DNA of 63,157 nt, filler included, from Diploschistes diacapsis (lineage: Eukaryota): the NCBI GenBank assembly GCA_023645945.1. It is 26 parts of 26 records of this genome, joined end to end, with 100 filler letters (N's around TTAATTAATTAA, not from the genome) between each part and the next. Parts side by side here need not be neighbours in the genome. Positions count along the whole stretch, not along the records: positions 1 to 18,093 come from JALAIB010000426.1; 25 more parts are not named here. The stretch is one strand, 5' to 3'. Numbering within the stretch: position 1 is the stretch's first letter; each line of letters starts with the position of its first letter. Below, one piece after another: positions 1 through 12,113 of this stretch. Position numbers and translations under genes: made by a program. The notes below the pieces were generated by a model. That model was not told the DNA's origin and made no database searches. It was given only the letters and a program-made list of their open reading frames with translations.

Positions 1-130
1 TTTTATAATCGATAAATTAAAAAATAATAACTAAAATTTAATACGAGTAAATAGAAATTATATTTACATAATATTTATAATCGAGCGAAATTCGCGTTAC
101 GTCGCGCGAGAATTACCCGTTCACGCGCTA
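1..130. mobile_element. RIP-mutated repeat remnant at contig edge
   Basis: Very AT-rich and TpA-rich; most surviving C lies in CpG, the same composition as the short transposon contigs. Confidence 0.55.
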
Positions 131-1519
131 GAAAAGCGGCCATCAATCCCCGTCCGTAAGAGGGGTGAAGTCGGGGCAGATTTTTCTGTCGTCTTGGCAG
201 CATGCAACATCGGGGTGTACACCACACAATATGCAGCGGAAAATTAGTAGTGGCGTAGTTTAGTGGCTGGAGCAGGCAAGCAAGGTAGATACTTATCTTT
301 TAAGCGTTTTTTTTGCAACGCGATATGAGTAGTAATTGGGAAGGTTTTTTGGGTGTGAGAAAGCGAATTGTAGAATATATAGTGTTTTACTCTGGATGGG
401 AAAGTATGTAGGTTCTTCAAAATACTATGGGATCTATATACAAATCTCAGTAGCTCTGTATTGTCTAGGCAACTGAGCTTAGCGTTTTGTAATCTACCAA
501 AATTAACGGTCACAATAGCCGCTGCCCAAAAATGCCCCATAGATTGGTTCGTGAGTTCTAAAGTGTCTGCGCAGGGATAGGACTCGGCTACATAAACAGA
601 GTAGGCAGTCAGCAAATTTCCAAGGCCGCAAATCTACCCTTCTCGGGACCATATAGTATATACTAGTGGTAAGCTTGAGTGGGAGCCAAGCGTGCTGGAG
701 CTGGTATTGATGTTGGCTGGCTACCCATGCATGGTGCAGTATGTTCATGTCGATTATTTGGAATTATGAGGGAGGATATGGAGATGGCAGCTGGCTTTTT
801 GTTTGAAACTTTACTAATACATATCCAGGTAAAACATAGGAAATATACTTGGCATTTGAATGGTTGGTAAGATTGGTATTTCATAAGAATAAATCCGGTG
901 GAGATCGTTTTGTATCCAGGAAGATATAAGAGACGTATCTCCCTAGCCGTTCTCTTTGCCTCATTTTGGCTAGAAAGTGTCAGCAACATCCAAAGCTTTT
1001 AAAACCCTTCTATATCTTTCAACCCATCCCCCGCTCCCTCCTGGCATCAATCCATGTCTTGGTTTCATCCGTGCTACCATTGATGACGGACTTGGATGCC
1101 TATAGCCCCTTCAGTATCTTTGTACACAGCATGAAGGCTTCCTGGACTAAACATCCAAGGAGGAAGAGAGAGGAAACTTTCTTCGCGGTGAAGCATCTTG
1201 CAACCTATTTGGGCGGAAGCCCGAAGCTCTGTTCGCATCTTGATTTGTTAGAACACTATGATGCTCGAGAAAACTAGGAGTTGCATGCGCTTCTGCAGAA
1301 ACGTCAAACAACGTAATCCGGGTCAAGCATTCAACATACTGGGTCCAATTCTTCTCTACAGGCGCTCCCATACCCGCATCCGTTTCTGCAGCATCGCCAG
1401 CCCCTGGCTCGGGGGATAGAGTGTCTAATGATATCTCGATACGTCGGTCTGTGCAAAGGATAATGATACGGCTTTGCGGGACCTTCATGGTACGCATAAT
1501 ATCGTAAGGTTGTTTTTTT

Positions 1520-3055
1520 CTACCACTTCGTCCTCCAATTCCATCCCTTTACTCTGATCCTGACCCATAGAAAACATAGGAAGGAGGCTACATAGCTGAG
1601 TCCGGTGAAAAGAGCGGCGCCCCAATACCTTTCTTTGCCTGTGGCCTCCACCGCATCGAGAAGGCTCCCAGCGATAGGGATACTGACCAACACGCCAAGA
1701 GCTACTACCGTGAAGCAGCTTGCGTAGTATCGCCCGTATTCTTGAGTTCCGCAAAGCTGACCTAGACAGATTGGTGTCAGGCTAACATTTGAACCGCTGA
1801 CGAATCCGAACAGTAGAACAAAGCCTACCAGGAGTCCAGAGTTGTCCAGGCCTGGTACGAGGATATCTGGTAACCAGAAACATAGGACCGATGCCGTACA
1901 GAGGAACAACGAGACAATCATGGTGTTGTATCGCCCGAATCGATCGGCCAGGCCGCCCGCCACGCACCGGCCAACGCATGAAGCGGCATTGAGAATCGCG
2001 AGGAGCTGATATGCGAACGCCGCTAACCCCGTCAAGGCCTCCTTGTGAGGCAGATGCTGTCGATCGATGTAGTAGATGGGCACATATGTAATGGGTATGG
2101 AGTACGCAAGATCCGTCAAAAGGACCCCAGCGGTTGTAGCCGCCATGGCTCCTGTTTCATCTAGAAAGATTCGTGGGTCGGGCAATGTATCTCGCCAAGT
2201 AGTTGCTGCTCCTTTGCTTGGGGGAACTCTGCTTCGGCAAAATGCCACACTGATGGCGCAAAGCACGAGCAGCTCAAGTCCGAGAATACGGATCGACCAT
2301 CCCCATCCAACTTGAGGGAGGAGTGATTGTATCATCAGGGGAAACAGCACGCCACCGGCACCGCTTCCTATGAACGCTATGCCGCTGGCGAGACCGCGAC
2401 GCTCCATGAACCAATGAGCGACGCAGGCTATTGAGGGGGTGAGGAGAAGGGATGAACCGATACCGGTCAAGATTGAGAATGACAGAAGGATCTGATAATA
2501 TTCTATATTACTATTAGTAATGAGCAGAGCTTTAAAGAAGATCAAGCTAATATTTATCTCAGCAGATTCTAGCAAGGATAGACGATACATAGAGCATGGA
2601 AAACTGATTTTACCTGTACAGACACTGAGCGAGAAAATACCAACGAGTGTGCAAATAGTACCCGCAATCATTAGTGCACGTGGACCCATCGCATCGAAGG
2701 TCGGTCCAATTTGCACCCCACATGCCCAGTTCACGAAGGCATAGACGGAGAATATCCAGCCAATAGTAGATGGGGAGTCTTCTGGTAAGATCACTTTTGA
2801 AATAACGACTTCGAACACCCCGGCTGTGTTATAAATACCTAGCGATGCGATCAACCCACACCAAGCACCCAACACCACCAACCAGGCATCACGGCCACCT
2901 TCGGGATAAGTAACCTCGGTGTCGACAGACGCGTGGTCAATCGGTGTGGGAAGAGATGGTGAAGATCTTTCGACATCATGCAAAAACCCATTTTCGTCAT
3001 GCAAGATGTGCGAATCATCTATGGGTAACGAACTGTGTTCGGAGCCTGGTTTCAT
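1520..3055 (-). CDS. MFS monocarboxylate-porter family transporter (MCH-like); one in-frame intron 2503-2613, about 474 aa spliced
   Basis: Motifs YPEGGRDAWLVVLGAW, HWFMERRGLASGIA and LADRFGRYN, with about 12 hydrophobic segments. Intron GTAAAA...TACTAAT...ATAG (111 nt) restores CTEYYQ. Confidence 0.93.
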   Translation of the reverse strand: MKPGSEHSSLPIDDSHILHDENGFLHDVERSSPSLPTPIDHASVDTEVTYPEGGRDAWLVVLGAWCGLIASLGIYNTAGVFEVVISKVILPEDSPSTIGWIFSVYAFVNWACGVQIGPTFDAMGPRALMIAGTICTLVGIFSLSVCTGKISFPCSMYRLSLLESAEINISLIFFKALLITNSNIEYYQILLSFSILTGIGSSLLLTPSIACVAHWFMERRGLASGIAFIGSGAGGVLFPLMIQSLLPQVGWGWSIRILGLELLVLCAISVAFCRSRVPPSKGAATTWRDTLPDPRIFLDETGAMAATTAGVLLTDLAYSIPITYVPIYYIDRQHLPHKEALTGLAAFAYQLLAILNAASCVGRCVAGGLADRFGRYNTMIVSLFLCTASVLCFWLPDILVPGLDNSGLLVGFVLLFGFVSGSNVSLTPICLGQLCGTQEYGRYYASCFTVVALGVLVSIPIAGSLLDAVEATGKERYWGAALFTGLSYVASFLCFLWVRIRVKGWNWRTKW

Positions 3056-6000
3056 TTTCCCTGTTGCTTTGCTTCAAAAGTCTTGCAACATGTCAATACC
3101 CAAAGGGTATGAAAGAAGATTCTATGATTCTCGTCGTATGTTACCCATTGACAGTTTTTTTGTTCGAAAGAAACATTGATAGACCAAGTCAGCCTAGGGT
3201 TATTGGAGGGTTAAATCACCCTTAGAGAGAAGGCGATGTTTGATGCAGCAGTGGCTCTCAAAGTTCAGTAGCAATGAGAAGAATTAGAGAACTCGCTAGA
3301 CTTTACAAGAAAGGGGTAAACGCCTGGTACTTATAGGAGCCCGCGCTGTGATACGATATGACTCGGAAGACAGTGAAGCTAAGAAAAAAGGACATGAAAA
3401 TTCGTTGTAGGAGGGGAGATTGTAAGATCCTATATTGAAGCGGTACCAGTGAACTCAAAGTGACCACTCACAGCAAAGCAGCGGAGGTGCTCCGGTATGA
3501 CGTACAGCATCTGTCGGGAGTTCAGATATTAGCACGCGTATTTCTCTTTGCAGGATCAAAAGGGATTATAGTATTAAGGAAAGCGAAATGAGCTAAGGTT
3601 TGAACAGCGATGAAAGTGGTATGTCGTGATGATCAATCAGTGGTAAAGCCATGAGGTATATATATACCCAAAGTAATTCATTAGGTCACCACACCAGAGG
3701 CAATGAATGGGGAAATATCCACGACTCATCTTTCTAAGCCGGAGCACAATGTATCGATTGGTCCCTTTCCAAAGTTTGTCTCTTCCATGGCGCCAGCCAG
3801 CGAAGAATTCCGATATCACGGCTTTGAATTCCAAAGCTGGAGGAATATTATTGTGCACAACCTTGACAAAGATGTCAAGATCGCGTCTTGTTCAAGACAT
3901 GTTGGAAACCACGTTACCCAAGAGGCTCGGTGATGTTACTAAATGCAATTCTAGCTGAGAGCTGGTCAGTTGCTCGCCTTGTCTGGCCCTACGAGCCCGG
4001 TTTACCCGAAGTTATCGAGCCGAGACGGATCATGTGACCCGGAATCTAGCCTTTGTTAAAAGGTACCTGCCCCTTATTGCATGGGCGTTGAAAGTAGTCT
4101 ACCGGTACAAGAGTACATGCTCCCATCAACAAACCTGCCTCAATCATCTCTAAGTTCAAAATTTCAAGATCCTCAACCACTCCTTTCCCTTTCCAAAAGC
4201 TCCCACTCCCGTTGGCTCGCCCTCACGCCCCGTACCCTCCTCAACACTCATCTTTCTACATGACGTCATATCCACCAAGATCTATTGTCGTCTAGTAGTG
4301 GTGGTCTTCCCGACTCCATGGAAATAAGATTGTTGTGACGGAATAAATCAAGCTACGAAGTTGTGGATGAAATTACGGCTCATATAACTAAGTTCGCTGG
4401 GAAGTCACTATTCGGCATTAGGTCCACCGATACAAAGCTCTGGAACCACGAAGTAAAGCCGGCAAGTATCTAGCTTCTGAAAGGATCAGTATGGAGGGAG
4501 GAGGGGAGACAAGCGGAGGAGCAGTTGCAAGACTGTTTCCTTCAGCCTCAGGCCTCGATTTGCAAGAGTCACCTTCATTTACGGTATGGCAGAGATACTG
4601 TAGCGGTTCAGCTAGCTTGATACATCACGCCACTCCATCACTACGTCTATTTCTGGGGGACAGGTAGCCGAAGCATAAGGACCTCTCGAGCTTGACATAT
4701 CGATGCGCCAGCATCCCTGCCATCATTGTCCCCGCGCGCTTTCATTGACGAACTCAATCACCTCACTCGTCTTGACCGAGTTAGACAATGACCGGTTTTT
4801 CGGGTGTGTGGTACGAGGTCTCTTCTAACATAGCAGCCTCCACGTTAAATTGAGCTTCAAATTGAGGCACATTTCAGAAAATCTTGGCCTCGGGGTTACG
4901 CCCCATCACTTGAAACTCTTATCAAAAGCGGGTTTCTTTCAACGACGGTACTAAATTCCACCGTCAAACGCATTTCTTATTCCCGGTCAAGAGCAATACA
5001 AAATCAAGTCATCCCAAAGACACGTGAAATCACAGACGTTAGACGTAATGATGAAAAAACAGGATAGCGTAAAGCTCTGCTCGCGTCGGTGCGCAGTCCA
5101 CCTCGAGTGCAAACAGCCCCGGCGAAACAAAAGGCTTCTTCAGCGCTTCTGACTTCCCCACTTCAGCTGCATATTTACCATGCTCTTGGGTATTCTTGAC
5201 TTCAAACCACTCCCTACGCAGAGCAAGGCCTATGATTTAAGCAACGGGATCGAACATGGATTCTTTCTTCTCCGTGAAACAGAAAACGGTTCCGAATGGC
5301 CAACCAATACAATTTTCGCATGCGAAAATCACATTAGACCGGATAGTAGGCAATGGGCTTCTCAACTCCCTTATTTTACTACCGGTTGATGTACCTCTTG
5401 GAAATCCCTCTTTTTCTAGGGTTTTGTTTCCATACACACAGCTTCTAAGACATTCAAGTCAATGTTTCTTGGCGGGGGGTGCAGTAAGTTTTGCGAGATG
5501 TATTGGGCTTCATCAACCACCAATTGCGAGAGCAAGTGTTTTCCCATGCATTCCTAACATGTATACAGGAATAGGGGGAAAAAGCGCCCGAGCAATGCAG
5601 TAGTCCCATTAAAGCAATTCCTCTTGTGCGAGTTCCGGAAACCTTCACCAGCTTTCTTTTAGTGTCTCAAAGTACCCTTGAGCTTATGTTGAGTTGTACT
5701 GCCCTTCCCGCGGCCGACTCTGTATTCTGCCTGTGCTTACGAGCCAAGGACCCATGGCTGCATACGCTGGGAGACGATCAACAGAAAGCGAAGGATGTGC
5801 TTTTGTTCCCAAGGTCTTGAATAGAGTGTTGCGTGGTCGAACGTCAGCCAGAGACTGATACTGAGAGAAAACGCGGTAAAGACTCCGGCCAAGATCAAGG
5901 CGAGATGGTGGAAGGTGGTAGCTCAATGTAGAAGATGAAGCTCGTTGGCTTGGACCACATGAGCGAGAGCTGGGTGATAATGGAGATGGGATTGACTTGG

Positions 6001-7588
6001 TGTAATTAGTCTCCAAGGTATTGTTGCATACCGTGGGAGCGCACTTGATTGTGCAAGAGAATAGGGGTTATCGTTAGAGCCCGAGGAGATGAAGAGGAAG
6101 AAGATGGAACAAGACACGGCTCTTGAAGTGCATAGCGAGGATGCTTCAGGGACATGTCATGCCCAACCCCCAGACTATCCGGTCGCAACCTACCAGGCGC
6201 ACTGCAATCTCTCATTCGGTAATGAATAAATAGAATATCAACGAGCCGGGGCTCGAAGATCGACGGTGGTACTTAAGGGAAGAGGATGAGCATCCGGTCA
6301 CATGGACTCCTACAGCCAAGACTGCACGTGCTGGTCAGCATGTAAAATCAGGCGCTGACAAGGAAACCTTGTATCTGCAGCTATTCTTGCAAAGGTGGAG
6401 TGAGGGCTCCCCCGGCTGACGCACACCACCATCTATGTTAGGATCAATAGATCTCAGTCCAATGCATCCATCTTAGGTGTTTTTGGCAGCGTAGTTCTAC
6501 AGAGTGAATCTTGCTGCTGCAACGCTGACCACGTGCTGAGCAGAGGACCTAGCTCTCTTAGGGGGGGGGTCAGCAGCTAAAATCAACCGTCAGTCTTTTG
6601 ATACTCGCTTTCTATAACCAGGTCAGCATGCAATTTTTGGGCCGCAGCACAAAAGTCAAACAAAGACATATTCATTCAGCAGTAGAAGTAAAGAGTTTTT
6701 GTAGGCCCGGGCACAGGGATCTTCGAAGATTGAATTGGATTCAGTTCTGCAGCCCGTTATCAATCCCGTCCCCAAGTTGTTAGCTCCCAGCTGTAATGAC
6801 GGTTTCCGGATCCCCCACGAGCTAACAGTAGGGCAAACCCGATAAGGGGGTTTCATGCCCGTGGGGGAAAGTTCGACCAGGATTCGAGGAACAATGGCGG
6901 GGCGGGGTCTGACCCGAATACCCTACATTCAGTTTGTGAACTTGTGTGATCAAACTGTAAGCGCGCCCCACACGCAAACTCCCCATTTTCTTTGTCTTGC
7001 CCCTCCCCAACTACTAGCGAAAAAACAAAGTACAGATGCCCACCAAGCATACATTCGGAACTCGGGAATGGGTCGATTGCTGGGGTACTTGTGAAAAGCG
7101 GGTATTTCCACACTTAGCCGAGGCGGATCCGGATCTTTTTTTTTTCTTACACGGCCCGCCCTTCCCAGCTACAGTCAGGTGCCAAAAGTAGTTAGGTACA
7201 CCATAAGCGGCAGTAAAGAGTTGACTGTTTATTTACTGCCGCTTATGGTGTACCTAACTACTTTTGGCCTAGTACTGTACGTTCCCTTTCTACGGCTGGG
7301 AAAGTCCTCGGCAGCCTCCCGGCTTCGGGAGGCTGAACCAGTGGATGCTCTCCGTCCGCCACCGGTCTGCAAAACTTTCGGCTTGGGTCATGTTGGGGGA
7401 TTGTTGGTTGTAGATTGGCTGTTTAACGGTGTCGAAGACTGCATCTTCGAGAAATTGGTGGGAGCAGGGACGTACCCGACGGTGGAGAGTTGCATGTTAT
7501 GTGTTATTTACTATAACGGCAGCTATCCTAATCACGTAGTGCTAGGATGGCCCTGGTAAGGTGTCATTGCAGCACCACACGTCACGTT

Positions 7589-9877
7589 CTATACTACGTA
7601 TACCACATTTCCTCCTCCATACTGCGCAGCTGTCCTCATGCAGCAACCGAGGCATTCTCCAGTTGCCAAAAACTTACCTTTGAAATAGGAGGTATCATCA
7701 TATTGCATAACGCCTGTCAGAAACCAGCCCATGGCGGCCATTAGCGCAACACACCACGCACATGTTGTCCGCGGAACAACGCGAATGCAAATCCCGAGTT
7801 CATCGGTGTCCACTCTGCCTTCCCCTTGAACCAACGTAAAGGATGGCACAGATTTTGGGGGGGTGGCACAAGAAGGACCGGCCGTCCTAGATTGGCACGA
7901 AATCCTGCCACGGAGATATGCTGCCACGAGACCCAAAATGGCTGGAGACACCCGGCTCATTCCTGCTGTAGTATAGATATTGTAGGCGAAAGTCAGATAA
8001 TTTTCTGTTTCCGTCGCAATGGCTTCCAGACCCTTGCCGTCTTTGAAGTGGAAAGATTGTGCCAGCTCCAGAGCGGCCGAAATCGAGGTACACGCATGCT
8101 GGATCATGGCAGGATATCGTGGCGCCTCCAATAGCGGGTCTCGAATCTCCCAATACATCCGCGAACCCAACTGAATAGTACCGGGAACAACATGCACCCG
8201 AGAGAGGGCTTCTGGCGAATCCGGGCCCGGCAAAGAGACAAGGCCGTCTAGGTAATAGCACAGACCTCTATGGACGCGGGCGGAAACAAACTTGCCTTTA
8301 TCCATCGGAGCTTCACCAGTGTACAAAGTCGCAGCGAAGAATAGAAATGATGGATAAGGTAACTGAAGAAGTCGATCCTTGGGCGAAAGTCCAGGACGGC
8401 CGTGCAGTATACGGTATACTCCGAATAGACCAGCCTGAGTAGGATAGAGATCAGGGACCGGCAGGATCGCGGATTTTGCACGGCTTATGTGAAGGATCAT
8501 TTCTGTAAAGGAGACCATGCATATGTGGTCATGATATGGCGGCTTATCTGTCTCCGAGACGGTCGGACTGCCATCCTCATTCAAGGTGTGCCGTCTGCAG
8601 CCGCATGCGCTTGATATTCTTGCTATTGCATTCTCGTAGTCCATCAAAGAATCGTGGAAGCTGGAACCTACACAATCAATTGCCCGGGTGAGGATGCCCT
8701 CCGGAATCTCCGGGAAACATTGAGAGACGGATCGAAGAAACTCGCGTCCATAGCTACCGCTCCAGTAGCATATGTTTCTGCGCAAGAGCTCCTCATCGAT
8801 ACAGTTCTGGGCTTCAGCAATGCACTCGAAGAGACAAGCTGCGCTTCCTATGGCTCTGCTGAGAACTGTTTCAAGATTTATGAACAACTGGGTGGTTGTC
8901 CTCTGCCCAAAGGTTGTTTCAAGAGCGATATGCCATGGAACGCGTATAAGGAGGCTGATTCCGACGTTATAGAGCTGCGCTCGGATGATTTCTGAAACTT
9001 CATTCAGCCGATAACTTTTGCTCATCGTTAGTGCCCTGGAAGAATCCGATGATGAATCTCCGGAGGCACGACTAGTATAGATGATTTTAACATGGACAGT
9101 GGCATGCTCCCTTACATAGCATCCGTGATAGACCGGAACGGATTTGTCGTCTACTTCACAAGTGATGGAGAGCCCCAGAAGCCACTCAGCAACAGCCCCA
9201 AGCCAGGCACATTCAGGTCCGCCAGAGAGCGTAACGGAGTCTAAGTGACCAGTCGAGATTTTCGCGAGCGCTTTTAATGCTTTTGCAATATCTTCTGGAT
9301 CCGAGGCCTCCTTCCAACTTGCGCCATCTCTTTCTTGGACATTCGCGAGTTCCCTCACAAGGTGGCCGAATCTGGATGTTGCAAGGCATCCACTGCAAGC
9401 CTTGACTAATTGTTTCCATTGTGCTATCGTGGGACTTAATGCAGGCGGTATGGTGCTTAGATCTGCAAACTTGGAAAGGACCAAGGCGGAGAGCTCAGGA
9501 GAGTGGGTTTCTCCCAACGCCGCACATATGGCTACACATCCAAGCCCCTCACGGCTTTTAGCTAATGAGCGAGTGATATGTTCAATTCCAAAACCAAACC
9601 ACATGATATTGCCGAAAGAGCTGAACGCGTGAAGCGAAGTAAGCGCTTCGAGAACATTCTGCTGGCCGCTGATGGATAAGCGACAGATGCTAAACGCCTT
9701 CTGTGCTACAAGAACGGTTATTGGATCAACCCCAGATCCCGACAACCTGCTGAGGATAGAAATGCTTGCTTCTGCGGTGCCCCTTAGAACATTGGCCCAG
9801 TCAAGCTGGCCACTTTGAGAGAGCCCAGATTGACTTGATGATTAAAGCGCGAGTTCACCCTGACTATTGGGGTCCAT
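7589..9877 (-). pseudogene. Large Cys-rich hypothetical fungal gene (about 762 codons) with in-frame TAA at codon 12
   Basis: ATG at 9877 reads MDPNSQGELAL, then TAA at 9842-9844. The same frame continues SSSQSGLSQSGQLDWANVL... into the 718-aa ORF to 7589, whose listed start is only a TTG. Confidence 0.65.
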
Positions 9878-10668
9878 ATTTTGTTCAGTCTCATAAGAGA
9901 GACTAAGATTATCAAAGGGTAGTTTTGAAAAGCGCAGCGCTCTGCCGTGCGATTTGTAGTTTCTTTTTCCTTTGAGGCTGTGCGGACTCAAGATAGTGAA
10001 GTTACTGACATGGTGGCTCCGAACCTGTTGATGGATTCTCGATAGAAATAACTCGAATATTAACTTTGTGAAAGATTTAAATGACCTTACATTTGAAATG
10101 CCTTTTGAAGTCACGAGGCTGAGCTGCGCAGCCTTGTTTAGGCAGGGAGTTGAGATGGTGATGGTTCATAGTGCCCGAACATTCTCAGCATTTCTTTCTG
10201 AATCGCTTTCGCGCATAATTGAAAAGCATTCTTGAAAAGCATGCTTTAGAGCAGGATTCCGTACAAGTTGGAGCACCATCTTCGAGATATCTGGGTGCCC
10301 GAACAAACAGTATTTGGGTGATGGAGATGTCGACCATGCACACGGGAAGAGCCAACGTTGCCAGTAAAGGGTGAAAGGGTAACTATATATAAAAACCTTG
10401 AAGCTGTATTAGTTGCCCATTTCTACTACCGACCGCGCCCCTGGGGGACCCTTGGGACCAACCAGGGTCAACAAACTCATCGTGAGGCAGATTTTGGCCC
10501 AAGTGTATTCCATATTATTGGCTTCTACTTTAGTTCAATACTGGCAGAATGCAGTATTTGTTGGTCTTTTGGCTATGTGGCCTTAGCGGTACCAAACTGG
10601 CGCTTTGCAATATCACATGACAAATCCATACCTTCGTTCTTCATTCTTTGTTCTTCATTCTTCGTTCT

Positions 10669-11355
10669 TCATTCTCCATCCCAATTTAACCAACCCATCC
10701 ATTGGTCTTTCGGTGAGGATGGGCCTTCGGGTGAGGATGGGCTTTTCGGTGAGGATGGGCCTTTTGGTAAGAGGGTTTGCTTTGCGCCCGGACTTTTTGG
10801 TCTCGGTAAGGTGGGCGGAGGATCTTGCCCTGGGTGGCCTGGGTGGCCTGGGTTGCCCTGGTCCTCCTGGTGCTCGCCACTCAGGCTGGCAGTCTCCACG
10901 TCCTTCTTATTATTCTTCTTATAAGCTTTTTTTCTATCTCGGTGATAATTAGGGTTCTCTCGTAACTTTTTCTGCTCGTATCTTTGGTTGCTCTTCCTTT
11001 TGGCTGCTTTGACTCGCTCCGGGTCTTCTTTGAATCTTTTGGCGTGCGACTTGTGATAGTATTCCCTTCCTTTCGCTAGATATCCAGGATCTTGTTGTAT
11101 CAATTTCCTTCGATATTCCCTTTTCTTCTGCCGGGCTTGGGCTTTTGCTTCATCATCGTCCGACCCTTTCTCTCCTCGTGTCCGACGTGCTAGTGAGGTC
11201 AGTGAGTCAAAGGGTGAGTGGTCCTCATGGCACAGCTGATGATCATTGACTGGACTCCTTTTGATGGTCTCAATATTGGAAGCATAGTGTTCGCTCGACC
11301 GTGCGTTTACGAGGAAGGTGAAAATGAAAAAGGAAAGAAAAGCGAAATGTTGCAT
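10669..11355 (-). CDS. Candidate secreted protein, 228 aa (signal peptide, dibasic sites, K/R-rich core, Pro/Gly/Ser repeat tail)
   Basis: ATG at 11355 begins hydrophobic MQHFAFLSFFIFTFLVNA. Dibasic sites IKR and LARR; basic clusters RQKKREYRRK, KAAKRK and RKKAYKK. Confidence 0.7.
   Translation of the reverse strand: MQHFAFLSFFIFTFLVNARSSEHYASNIETIKRSPVNDHQLCHEDHSPFDSLTSLARRTRGEKGSDDDEAKAQARQKKREYRRKLIQQDPGYLAKGREYYHKSHAKRFKEDPERVKAAKRKSNQRYEQKKLRENPNYHRDRKKAYKKNNKKDVETASLSGEHQEDQGNPGHPGHPGQDPPPTLPRPKSPGAKQTLLPKGPSSPKSPSSPEGPSSPKDQWMGWLNWDGE
10708..10765. repeat. 18-bp tandem repeat x3 (TTCGGTGAGGATGGGCYT), encoding PSSP(K/E)x on the minus strand
   Basis: Read directly. A 9-bp CCTGGGTKG repeat (GHP/GNP) also lies at about 10829-10862. 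Confidence 0.85.
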
Positions 11356-11534
11356 GCTGAGAACAAGTAGGTGCTGTATTGCGAGAAAGACGTAGAATGC
11401 TTGTGACTCGTCGCCAGCAATAATCTGCCAGAAGGATGCATTATTCCTTCTTATAGCCTTATCTGTAGCCACTATCTATCACAGCCTCGGTGCCCCAGCT
11501 CCGTCTTATAACCCAACCATATTATCTCTGCTTG

Positions 11535-11670
11535 TCCGATAGAATGCAACCCCTCTAGGATCCGTCGCTATACTTGGTTAGGCAAACAAAGTACTTCTGC
11601 AGTAATCTGCACATACAGGTGTACTTATCGATCGAGATTAGAGCTCGATAGAGGGTTGCATTCTATCGGA
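11535..11670. repeat. About 22-bp inverted repeat pair bracketing 136 bp
   Basis: TCCGATAGAATGCAACCCCTCTA (11535-11557) versus TAGAGGGTTGCATTCTATCGGA (11649-11670), one indel. Confidence 0.8.
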
Positions 11671-12113
11671 TCGGTGACGCAGGGGTAATAAACGGAGACA
11701 AATACTACTACCTACCCAATCAACAATAAGAAGACTGTGCATTCATTATAAGCGACGACGCATGCCAGAAATATACGCCTACAGAATCAACTACGCTTTC
11801 GAGTGGCAAATGACTTGAAACAAGCGAGCTGTTCGGTGCATTTGGCAAGGCTGTGTATTCAGACCTCTTCAAACAATCTACGAGAAAGGCATGGCAAACT
11901 AGCATTTCTTCACCAACAATTCTCGAGCGTAAGGATCACGTGGCTTCGCGATAATGAGCCCACTTACGTACGTGCCTGGTGCGGGTATGTGTAGTACGCG
12001 GGCGTTTAGCCTCACCATTGACTTTCAACTAAGATTGAACCTTTGTCCAACCATATATCTGAAGTCTGCTGCACCGAAATCAGCTTGCATTCAATGTTCT
12101 GTTTCGAGCAGAA

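Noticed and set aside
244..1497. Short ORFs near the contig start (LRRHFRTH zinc-finger-like text; WTQYVECL)
   Set aside because: Cys spacing does not fit C2H2 and no coherent gene model could be built; possibly a decayed gene but unsupported.
4700..6200. Possible degenerate gene on the minus strand (VVDEAQ Walker-B-like text near 5510)
   Set aside because: Many stops, no Walker A motif and no consistent frame.
6820..7150. tRNA or Pol III-like RNA (GTTCGACC, downstream T run)
   Set aside because: B-box is imperfect and no cloverleaf or A-box could be found.
10358..10952. Antisense ORFs with collagen-like GED/GWP repeats
   Set aside because: Reverse-strand reading of the tandem repeats in the secreted-protein gene; non-ATG starts.
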